A stretch of DNA of 64,000 nt from Thermoplasmata archaeon (lineage in GTDB: Archaea; Thermoplasmatota; Thermoplasmata; GCA-020350865). The stretch's first letter is position 1. Every line of letters begins with the position of its first letter. Where the stretch lies: the NCBI GenBank assembly GCA_020348445.1, contig CP070751.1:2412927-2476926 (forward strand), given 5' to 3'. Both the position numbers and the translations under genes were made by a program. Below are positions 1-7,788 of this stretch, piece after piece. The notes beneath the pieces were generated by a model. It saw nothing but the letters and a program-made list of their open reading frames with translations. It had not been told where the DNA came from and did not search any database.

Positions 1-1271
1 AAGTCCCACAGCGTTGCCTTGTAGTTTGCACCCGCTGCTCCCTCATCAGAGTATGTTGGTGATACTCTGGCGTCGTATACATCTGGGTTCGAGTTCCATA
101 CAAGGACATCTGCCCAATCTCTCAGTACGTTGGGGGTCTGATATGTGGATGTGTAATGGAAGTCGATCATTGGAAATACTGTATCTGAAGTTTCTACAGT
201 TGGTCTATTGTTTAAATTTGAATATACACCACGATCAGATGGCAGTATGATTCCATTGGGATCTGTTATGGGTCCGTTCACCATTGGCATCTCGCCATAG
301 TACGAGTTTATGTACGCGCTGATAGTATAGGTGTTCCCGGGAATCAGGTCAACTGGTGTTGATAGGCTGCGCCATCTCCATGAGCCGTAGCCCGGAGTTG
401 GTGGACTTAGAATCTGTCCCTTTAAAGTTGAGCCTTCCCAGATGCGTAGATTGTAGTAGGAGTATGGATATCCATAGTTGCTTCTGAAATACCCGAATTG
501 GTCAAGCTGGGCAGGTTTGGTAACCTCGAACTGCCAGCCCCAGGTCATTTGGTAGTATGGTGGCCACCACCAGTGGGTATCCCAGTCTGGTTCGTTCATG
601 CAGTCGCCATCGACGGTTGTCCATACCCAGGACTCGTCCCACGCCTCGACAAGGGCCAGGCCCTTGTAGTCATCATTGTACGTGTGTGGGTATTCGCTTT
701 CCCCGTATTCACCGAAGCTATAATCGGGTGCTCCAGGGTCCCCTGGTCCATCATATTCACCGTCGCCGTCTGCATCCCATCTGAATCTGTAGTTGCCATG
801 TTCATCTTCGGGTTCGATTTCGGCATTTAAGGTGACAGGCAATCCTTCCCATTCAGGATCGAATACGGGAATTCCCTGTCCATAGGGTCCCAATGCATCC
901 ACTGAGTCAGGTGATCTTGTTGATTGAGCCTCTATATTCTCTGTTATAGTTACTTCTTCTTCTTTCGTGTCTTCTCCCAGGTGCGTCTCTTCAATATCCA
1001 TTGGTGCTATACTTGGGCCTAATTGAGTATTGTCGCTTAGTGTGTCTGTAAATGTTATATCTATGCTCTCTTGTGCGCTAATAGGTGCATCTCCTATTCC
1101 GCCCGCTTCCAATTCTGGCTCACTATCTGCCTCTTCTGTTATCATTGGCACACCTGATTCATCCGTCAGGTTTGAGCTGAACGTCTCAACAGCCGCGCCA
1201 AATACCCCTGCCACCATCACAAATGCAGTGAGCAGGGAAAGAAGCAGTCTTGTTGCGTTTTCTTTTCGCAT
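1..1271 (-). CDS. Large secreted protein, 5' part only (runs off the left edge): signal peptide, acidic pro-region, PKD-like and DUF4082-like domains
   Basis: Absent from the ORF track. Manual translation from ATG 1271 (GGAGGG RBS at 1281-1286) stays open to position 1: MRKENATRLLLSLLTAFVMVAGVFGAA...EAQSTRSPDSVDALGPYGQG...YRFRWDADGDGEYDG...MTWGWQFEVTKPAQLDQFGYF...SLSTPVDLIPGNTYTISAY...NYKATLWD. Confidence 0.85.
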   Translation of the reverse strand, partial: MRKENATRLLLSLLTAFVMVAGVFGAAVETFSSNLTDESGVPMITEEADSEPELEAGGIGDAPISAQESIDITFTDTLSDNTQLGPSIAPMDIEETHLGEDTKEEEVTITENIEAQSTRSPDSVDALGPYGQGIPVFDPEWEGLPVTLNAEIEPEDEHGNYRFRWDADGDGEYDGPGDPGAPDYSFGEYGESEYPHTYNDDYKGLALVEAWDESWVWTTVDGDCMNEPDWDTHWWWPPYYQMTWGWQFEVTKPAQLDQFGYFRSNYGYPYSYYNLRIWEGSTLKGQILSPPTPGYGSWRWRSLSTPVDLIPGNTYTISAYINSYYGEMPMVNGPITDPNGIILPSDRGVYSNLNNRPTVETSDTVFPMIDFHYTSTYQTPNVLRDWADVLVWNSNPDVYDARVSPTYSDEGAAGANYKATLWD

Positions 1272-1843
1272 TTTCGTTTTCCCTCCGTTTGGGTTGAGCC
1301 AGGAAAAAGAGAGCCCATGTAGAGGCCAGATAGGTAAACATGTACAAAGAGTGCCTTAGCTTATTACTGCCTTCGTAGTTCCCTTCGAACTTGTTTCCTA
1401 TCTTAGGCCTCGTTTCCTCCCTCCCTGGCCTTTTAAGGTATTTCGAGGGTCCGCGTATACAAAAAAAGCTGTACCGACAGACCTATCATTGCGCCCCTCC
1501 TAGGCGCTCACCCCTTCTTGTGTTCCTCCGGGGAGGTTGACATAGGGATTTTCACCCATATATACTTTTCCATTATTAAAAAAATAATTAATATAGCGTT
1601 AATCATTTGGTTTCTTTTTTAACTATTAATTATATATTTCTGTAGTGAAAAAAATAGCCAGGCATAATAAAATGACCTAAAAAAAATTGGTCAACTTTCA
1701 AAAGAAGTTTATTAGGATTATGTTAACTTTTTAATATATTAATATTCCCATAAATTCCCATAAAAAGTCAGCCAGATATTAAAAATTGTGCCTGAAAAAT
1801 TGGCGAGTTGCCAACCCGTACCGGTTTAATTATCGTAAAACCC

Positions 1844-2512
1844 TCAAAACAGCCCGTAAACAGCCTCTATTCGGCCTAAAACCCTTGATGTAACAATCCA
1901 AGCATCGAGAGAATTGGAATAAATCGATAACTTTTTTGCTAAAATGTTAATAATGTCCTCGGAAAAGTGACCTCTTGGAAAGGCACCAATTATCAAGGCG
2001 ACATCCTCTTTTAAAAGTTCCGGAAAAATTATCTCGGAAAGCCTTTTCTTTTCACCTTCAACACTGAATCCGATTATGGTTTTACAGTTAATCTTGGTAA
2101 AAAATTCCTTCAAATCTATATCGTCTTCCATGACTATCAGTTCATTCTTGCTCATCCCATCCCTCAGAACTTCCTCCATTAAGCCCTTGAACCGATCATA
2201 GTTTCTTGGCAGCCGAGTTACAGACTTGAACTTCAATAATTGGTTGTGTAGTGTATGCACATAAACTTTCAATTTACCTTCCTGGCATAATGGAGAGCCC
2301 AAAGCCGAAAGAAGACAGAAATGCACTATATCAGGCCTCCCCCTTCGCTCGCGGTCTTCCATATTTCTCATAGCCGAATGAAAATAGCTGTCATCCAATA
2401 GAATATCTTTCCCCTTGTTGTAGCGCTTAGCATATTTTTTTACTGCAGGATGACCAAGCAAATTTTCCGGCACCAATTCCAATGAAGAATCTGCAAACAA
2501 AAGATGAATCAT
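1844..2512 (-). CDS. nep1: 16S rRNA pseudouridine N1-methyltransferase Nep1/Emg1 (SPOUT)
   Basis: Motifs LLDDSYFHSAM, RGRPDIVHFCLL, TRLPRNYDRFKGLM, IGAFPRGHF, SLDAW are characteristic of Nep1. Confidence 0.93.
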   Translation of the reverse strand: MIHLLFADSSLELVPENLLGHPAVKKYAKRYNKGKDILLDDSYFHSAMRNMEDRERRGRPDIVHFCLLSALGSPLCQEGKLKVYVHTLHNQLLKFKSVTRLPRNYDRFKGLMEEVLRDGMSKNELIVMEDDIDLKEFFTKINCKTIIGFSVEGEKKRLSEIIFPELLKEDVALIIGAFPRGHFSEDIINILAKKLSIYSNSLDAWIVTSRVLGRIEAVYGLF

Positions 2513-2521
2513 GGTATCACT

Positions 2522-3358
2522 TTAACGGGCCCATTTCCTTTTCAGCTCCGATTGCGCCTCATCACAGGACAGCGGCACGTCCAAATCATACCCTGATTCC
2601 CTCATGGATAGAAATAACTTCGTGATATCAGGGGCATCCAAATTGTTGGAGACAAGCAACTTATCATCTGAAAACAGTTTCCTCATTGTGCCCCTTGCCA
2701 CTATCTTCCTGTTTAAAATAATTCCTCTGCCTGCAATTTGCGCTACCGAGTTAACATCATGGGTTGCAACAACCAATGTCTCGCATGATCTTTTTATGAT
2801 ATCCATCAGTTCGATTCTTCCCTTTGGATCCAAATTGGCAGTTGGCTCGTCAAGAAGGAGAATCCTGGGTCTCATTGCGAGAATGCCTGCAATTGCCACC
2901 CTCTTCTTCTCGCCATAACTCAGGTGATGGGGCACGCGCTCTTCAAAACCTTTTAGCCCTGAATCTTTCAGGGCATCAGAAACAAGCCTCTTCACTTTCT
3001 CTTCATCATAACCCAAATTTATGGGACCAAAGGCCACATCGTCTGCTACCTTGGGCATGAATATTTGATCCTCTGGATCCTGAAAAAGTATCCCAACATT
3101 CTTTCGCAGCTCATATGCATTGTTTTTGACCAAGGTCTTTCCAAATAGTTTTACTTCACCCCGCATCGGATATAAAAGCCCTGCTGCAAGCTTCAATAAT
3201 GTTGACTTCCCTGCTCCATTGGGACCCAAAATGGCGACCTTCTCGCCCCTCTCAATTTCGAGGTTAATACCCTCCAAAGCCGAGGTATTATCTTCGTATT
3301 TAAATCCCACATCCTCCAATTCCAGGACCTTTATCCTATCACCATCCAATCTATCCAT
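2522..3358 (-). CDS. cbiO: ECF-type Co/Ni transporter ATPase (CbiO/NikO)
   Basis: Walker A GPNGAGKST, Q-loop FQDPEDQ, signature LSYGEKKR, Walker B LLLDEPT, ATHD. The start is uncertain (track gives 3394; ATG 3358 preferred). Confidence 0.92.
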   Translation of the reverse strand: MDRLDGDRIKVLELEDVGFKYEDNTSALEGINLEIERGEKVAILGPNGAGKSTLLKLAAGLLYPMRGEVKLFGKTLVKNNAYELRKNVGILFQDPEDQIFMPKVADDVAFGPINLGYDEEKVKRLVSDALKDSGLKGFEERVPHHLSYGEKKRVAIAGILAMRPRILLLDEPTANLDPKGRIELMDIIKRSCETLVVATHDVNSVAQIAGRGIILNRKIVARGTMRKLFSDDKLLVSNNLDAPDITKLFLSMRESGYDLDVPLSCDEAQSELKRKWAR

Positions 3359-4056
3359 AGTATGAAGGAGGAGAACAAGATAAGATTTGCACAAAATGCA
3401 TAATCCATTGCCCTAAAACGCATCTTGGTTAACGTCCTGATCTCACCGCTGTACCCTCTGCTTCGCAGTGCATCGTAGATCCTAACACCCCGATGATACG
3501 CCCTGACAAGAACCATACCTGCGGTTGAGGATATCGTACGCATCCCCTTTTTATCAAAAAGATGCCTTCCACCCCTAAAAGCCCTTGCCGACCTTGCCAT
3601 TTTCATTCTCTGGTATTCTTCAGTCATGACGAAGATATATCTGTAAAGGAACATCATCAATGTGATCATCAATTTGGGAACTTTCAAATGCTGGGCTGCT
3701 TTCAGAAGATCGAAAAACGATGTTGTGGAGGAAAGCAAAATCAACAGTAAAACGCAGGTAGAAATCCGAAGGAACATGGCATATGCTGTCAGCTCACCTT
3801 TATAGAAATACAAACTCAAAGATGCAAATAACACGAAAGGCAGGGCAATGGCATACCTTTTTACAAGATGCTTTTTCGGGATATTGGAAACCAAAAGCAG
3901 AATAAGGGCGAAGAGAAACGCAATTATCAAAGGAAGTAAATCAGTAAGAAGTGCTACGATTATAATGAAGAAGATGATGGCAACTATCTTGGCCCTTGGA
4001 TCAAGGCTGTAGAAACTAGAGCGGCTTGCATATTGATCAATTGTCCCGTGTCTCAT
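3331..4056 (-). CDS. cbiQ: ECF-type Co/Ni transporter T component (CbiQ/NikQ)
   Basis: LDPRAKI motif, multiple TM helices, MFLYRYIFV, ARSAR and ALRSRGY Arg motifs; located between the M/N and O genes. Confidence 0.92.
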   Translation of the reverse strand: MRHGTIDQYASRSSFYSLDPRAKIVAIIFFIIIVALLTDLLPLIIAFLFALILLLVSNIPKKHLVKRYAIALPFVLFASLSLYFYKGELTAYAMFLRISTCVLLLILLSSTTSFFDLLKAAQHLKVPKLMITLMMFLYRYIFVMTEEYQRMKMARSARAFRGGRHLFDKKGMRTISSTAGMVLVRAYHRGVRIYDALRSRGYSGEIRTLTKMRFRAMDYAFCANLILFSSFILWIDWMVIG

Positions 4057-4327
4057 CTTTCTTCCTCATGAATCTTGCATACAAGAGAACGCATAAAAGC
4101 ACGATCACAAAACCCACAATACCCATGATAAGTGCTGCAAAATAGTTATCTCCATAATCAAGGGGAGCACTGTAACTTTGCTCTTCTTCTTCATAATCAG
4201 CGTTCTCCATTGTCTTTTCCAGTCCGTCGCCATACGGCTCTGCAAACATAAAGAAGAACACAAGGCCAATTGCGAAGGCCGCTATGATTCCTAATATTGC
4301 TATAATATATTTCTTATCTAGAATCAT
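4037..4327 (-). CDS. PDGLE-domain small subunit of the Ni/Co ECF transporter (NikN-like)
   Basis: Two TM helices flanking PYGDGLEK (PDGLE-like); overlaps neighbouring genes. Confidence 0.8.
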   Translation of the reverse strand: MILDKKYIIAILGIIAAFAIGLVFFFMFAEPYGDGLEKTMENADYEEEEQSYSAPLDYGDNYFAALIMGIVGFVIVLLCVLLYARFMRKKDETRDN

Positions 4328-4998
4328 TTCACCATCACCTCCTTAGGTGATCTGAAGGTGATCTTGGGCATCTTCAGAATCTCAGGGGATGTTCGGGTAA
4401 GATAACTGATAATTCCAGTTGTGATGAAACCCTCACCAATACCGATTATTACATGGTAGCCGAGCATCATCGGGACTGCGATCTCAAAAGGTATTCCGTA
4501 TGTTCCACCGCTTAATGAGTAACTTAAAGACAGTTGAACTGCACAGGCAAAGGATCCGATAAACACGGCAGCCCAAGAGCCAAGGAAAGTTCCGATATTA
4601 CCATATTTTTCAGGAAATATTTTAAATACCCACCAACCCACAAAGCAGCCTATGATTCCCATGTTCAGTGTGTTGAGACCCAAGGCTGTTATACCTCCGT
4701 CTCCAAAAATCAAGCACTGTATCACAAGTATCGTGGTAATTACAACAAGTCCAGCAAAAGGACCAAGCAGAATGGCAGCCAAAGCTGCTCCAACCAAATG
4801 GCCTGATGTTCCCCCTCCTATGGGAAAGTTAATCATCTGGGCAACGAAGATGCCTGCAGCCAAAACAGCCATAAGCGGTATCTGTTTATCTTCCATTCTT
4901 TTATTTAATATCTTAAAAGATAAGCCTACAACTATCAGAGCAATGATCCAACCGCAAGCCAATACAAGTGGCTCCATGAGTCCGTCAGGAATATGCAT
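4324..4998 (-). CDS. cbiM: ECF-type Ni/Co transporter S component (NikM-type CbiM family)
   Basis: N-terminal metal-binding MHIPDG, GGTSGHLVG, LIFGDGGITALG; AAGGGGAGAG RBS. Confidence 0.93.
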   Translation of the reverse strand: MHIPDGLMEPLVLACGWIIALIVVGLSFKILNKRMEDKQIPLMAVLAAGIFVAQMINFPIGGGTSGHLVGAALAAILLGPFAGLVVITTILVIQCLIFGDGGITALGLNTLNMGIIGCFVGWWVFKIFPEKYGNIGTFLGSWAAVFIGSFACAVQLSLSYSLSGGTYGIPFEIAVPMMLGYHVIIGIGEGFITTGIISYLTRTSPEILKMPKITFRSPKEVMVK

Positions 4999-5011
4999 GC
5001 CTCTCCCCTTG

Positions 5012-5038
5012 GTAGCACGAATTCTTTATTCTTGCTAC
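5012..5038. promoter_or_regulatory. Palindromic operator, NikR-like (GTAGCA-N15-TGCTAC)
   Basis: GTAGCA-C-GAAT-TCTTT-ATTC-T-TGCTAC lies between the TATA box and the start of cbiM/nikM. Confidence 0.6.
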
Positions 5039-5054
5039 GCATACAGTTATTGGA

Positions 5055-5068
5055 ATATATAATTTTCG
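5055..5068 (-). promoter_or_regulatory. BRE/TATA promoter of the cbiM-N-Q-O-nep1 operon
   Basis: Minus strand reads CGAAAATTATATAT about 57 nt upstream of the ATG. Confidence 0.55.
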
Positions 5069-5176
5069 GGGTTCTTTGGATGTAATCCAGAGACCGTTAG
5101 ATTTTTATAGACAGAGGAAGATAGTCGATATGTTCGTAAAAAATCAGGTTTCGAAGTCTTTTACCGTAAAATCGCG

Positions 5177-7627
5177 TTGGGGCATGATATGGCCGTAGAA
5201 GAAGAACGAGTTCCCTTAAAAAAGAAAAAAGTGAGGAAACGGAAATATCGAGAGCAAGAGGAGGTCGTCATCAAAATAGGGGAGACACCCAAGATAGAAG
5301 AGGAGGAAAAACCAAAAGAGAAACCTGTAAAGAAGAGAAAGAAAATCATAACAAAAAAGGAACCTGAAAGGAGGGTTGTGGAAGAGGAAGAGGAAGTAAT
5401 TGAGCTGGAGGAAGAGCCTGAAGAAGTATTTGTAGAGGAGGAAGTGGAAGTAATTGAGTATGAGGAAGAACCTGAAGGTGAGGAAGAGGAAATAATCGAG
5501 TTAGAAGAGGAGCCTGAGGAGGAAATAGAATTAGAGGAGGAGCCCGAAGAGATCTATGAAGAGGAAGTTGAGGAGGAAGAAGCTGGTGAAGAAGTTGTTG
5601 TAATTTCCCTTGGTGAGGCACCTGAAGGGGAAGAAGCCGTAGAGATTGAAATCGAAGAAGAGATTGAAATAGGGGAAGAAGAAGGGGAAGAAGAACCTGA
5701 AGAGGCCGAGGGTGAAAAGGAAGAAAAAAAGCCTCCTAAAAAGAGAAGAGAAATCTCGAAAAAAAAGAAGTTGGTAGCTTTGATAATCGTGATCATTGTT
5801 CTTATCAGTTCAATTGGTATTTACATCATGTTTTTTCTAAACAAAGCACCAGAGGCCAAACTTCAGATATATCCTACAACAGCAACAATAGGTCATTTAA
5901 TATACATGGACGGCTCCAATTCCACAGATGACAAGGAGATTGTAGAATACCATTGGGACTTTGATGACAAAACATCGTATAAGGAAACCAAGGACTCGGC
6001 TTCAGACGGGGAATTTGATGGCAGGACCACCCATACCTACACTGAGCCTGGAAATTATACTGTTAAACTCACTGTAAAAGATAAGGAAGGACTTTCAGGG
6101 GAGGCAAAATCAGAAATTGGCATCACTGAGCTGATCGTTACCATCTCACCCGAAAAAATAGGTGATAGCAGCACATACGATGTCAACGGATTCATAGAGG
6201 TGAAGGATAACCAAGGGCTGGGGACCTATAAAGTGGAGGGTACAGGATCCTTTACAGTTGAAAAAATCTATGTCCATTACTTTGGTGAGATGATCTCATC
6301 CATAGAAAATACAGAAGATCAAGAGGACGGCTTTAAAGAGAGCCACAAGACATTAAAGAAATACAATTACCAGGATCTTGAGCTTGAGGGGAATGTCACA
6401 GGCGATATTAAGACAGAGACGGGATTAACAATACCTGATAATACAATATCTTTCAAGGATGGTTATCTTGTGGTTACCGATAATTCATACATGGATTTGA
6501 ACACCTACAAAACAATTTACTCGAAAACAGAAAGTTCTTTGAGCATACCTGTGGGAACAGATGAATTAAGCTCTGAGGATAAGATTCGCTCATATTCAAA
6601 TCTAAGGGAGGACAGCGCTGACTTGCGTGTTGAGGATTTATCTGATGACAGGTCTTTTAGAATCGATCAAGGGGATACTAAAGTAATAAGAGAAATAGCC
6701 TACACCTGGGACGTTAAGGAGGCAACTAATATCAAGGGATACCCTTCATTGAAAATTGAAATCGATATCGATAGTAACACAAAGGATAGAAACAACATAA
6801 AGGAGTTCGAGATGGCCTTGTGGATAACACACCAAATCCCGCAGCCCATCAAGACCTACGTATACACGAGAATCGATGATGATGGAACCCAAATCACGGC
6901 TCAGTACACAAATGAAATACAGGCAGGGGAATTTGAAAGAGGCACAGAAGATATCCCTTATGGAACATGCCCCGCGAATTCTCCTGATGATCATTATTAC
7001 TATCGAAATCCAGGATATGAATTTGTAAAATGGGAACCTGATGATGACATCCCGGGTATTGGTGGGAACGCATCGAGCTTTCTCTATTCACCACAGAATG
7101 CCATAACCGATGCAGAACCTTCAGGGCTTTCCACTTATCTTGCATCCCACCCCAATGCCTATGTGATAGACGGCTACTACAATGAATCAACAGGCAGTCC
7201 CCTTTGGAATCTGACTTTCGGTGAGCAGGGAGAAAACACAGCTTATTATGTAGTAGTCGAAACAGGTACGGTAATAGACGAGGCCGAGATATCGGTTTCA
7301 GAAGTTAAGGGCGAGATAACTGATTTTAATCCCGTGCTGTCCTTTTCTGCCTGCGAACAGGTTTTCAGAGAGGATGAGGAAATCGATGGTGCCTTCTTTG
7401 ATGCTGTTAAGGTGAGGTTCTCTGGAGGGATTAACTTCGGTGCCAAGGCAGAATTGGTGTACCCAAGCATCTCTCTTTCAGTCTCGTTGAGTGTTGAGCG
7501 GGCACCCTATGGATATTATCTAACAAAGGAAGATGGCAGTAATTCTGCTGCAGTGGACGCCATAAACGGCCAGCTCGTTTACTATTGGTGGCATGATGGA
7601 GAAGATATATCCATGCTCATGCCGTAA
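5177..7627 (+). CDS. Type II membrane protein: acidic low-complexity cytoplasmic N-terminus, TM helix, PKD domain, large extracellular region
   Basis: E-rich IELEEEPEE repeats, KKKKLVALIIVIIVLISSIGIYIMFFL TM, PKD motifs DGSNSTDD..IVEYHWDFDD and THTYTEPGNYTVKLTVKD. Confidence 0.85.
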   Translation: MGHDMAVEEERVPLKKKKVRKRKYREQEEVVIKIGETPKIEEEEKPKEKPVKKRKKIITKKEPERRVVEEEEEVIELEEEPEEVFVEEEVEVIEYEEEPEGEEEEIIELEEEPEEEIELEEEPEEIYEEEVEEEEAGEEVVVISLGEAPEGEEAVEIEIEEEIEIGEEEGEEEPEEAEGEKEEKKPPKKRREISKKKKLVALIIVIIVLISSIGIYIMFFLNKAPEAKLQIYPTTATIGHLIYMDGSNSTDDKEIVEYHWDFDDKTSYKETKDSASDGEFDGRTTHTYTEPGNYTVKLTVKDKEGLSGEAKSEIGITELIVTISPEKIGDSSTYDVNGFIEVKDNQGLGTYKVEGTGSFTVEKIYVHYFGEMISSIENTEDQEDGFKESHKTLKKYNYQDLELEGNVTGDIKTETGLTIPDNTISFKDGYLVVTDNSYMDLNTYKTIYSKTESSLSIPVGTDELSSEDKIRSYSNLREDSADLRVEDLSDDRSFRIDQGDTKVIREIAYTWDVKEATNIKGYPSLKIEIDIDSNTKDRNNIKEFEMALWITHQIPQPIKTYVYTRIDDDGTQITAQYTNEIQAGEFERGTEDIPYGTCPANSPDDHYYYRNPGYEFVKWEPDDDIPGIGGNASSFLYSPQNAITDAEPSGLSTYLASHPNAYVIDGYYNESTGSPLWNLTFGEQGENTAYYVVVETGTVIDEAEISVSEVKGEITDFNPVLSFSACEQVFREDEEIDGAFFDAVKVRFSGGINFGAKAELVYPSISLSVSLSVERAPYGYYLTKEDGSNSAAVDAINGQLVYYWWHDGEDISMLMP
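5375..5735 (+). repeat. Low-complexity Glu-rich coding repeat ([VI]ELEEEPEE units)
   Basis: GAA/GAG-rich DNA with 4-5 degenerate units visible in the translation. Confidence 0.8.
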
Positions 7628-7788
7628 ACAATTTGTATTTCATGGAATTATGCTGAAATATTGATATTGACAGTATAGGGCCATTTTGATTGTATTTTCG
7701 ATAATCAAAGATGTAATTTTGATAGACAAGGCTTATATATTGTAATTATAAATACGTTAATACGGAATATTAGTTGGGATTGGGGTAA

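Noticed and set aside
1545-1557. GGGTGAAAATCCC (minus strand) resembling the T-loop hairpin of a cobalamin riboswitch
   Set aside because: It lacks the upstream GGGAA and the downstream B12-box (GCxACTG), and it lies immediately next to the TATA box, probably upstream of the TSS.
1650-1810. Short direct repeats (ATTCCCATAA x2, AAAAATTG x3) in AT-rich intergenic DNA
   Set aside because: Too short and low in complexity to distinguish from chance; not CRISPR-like (no regular spacers).
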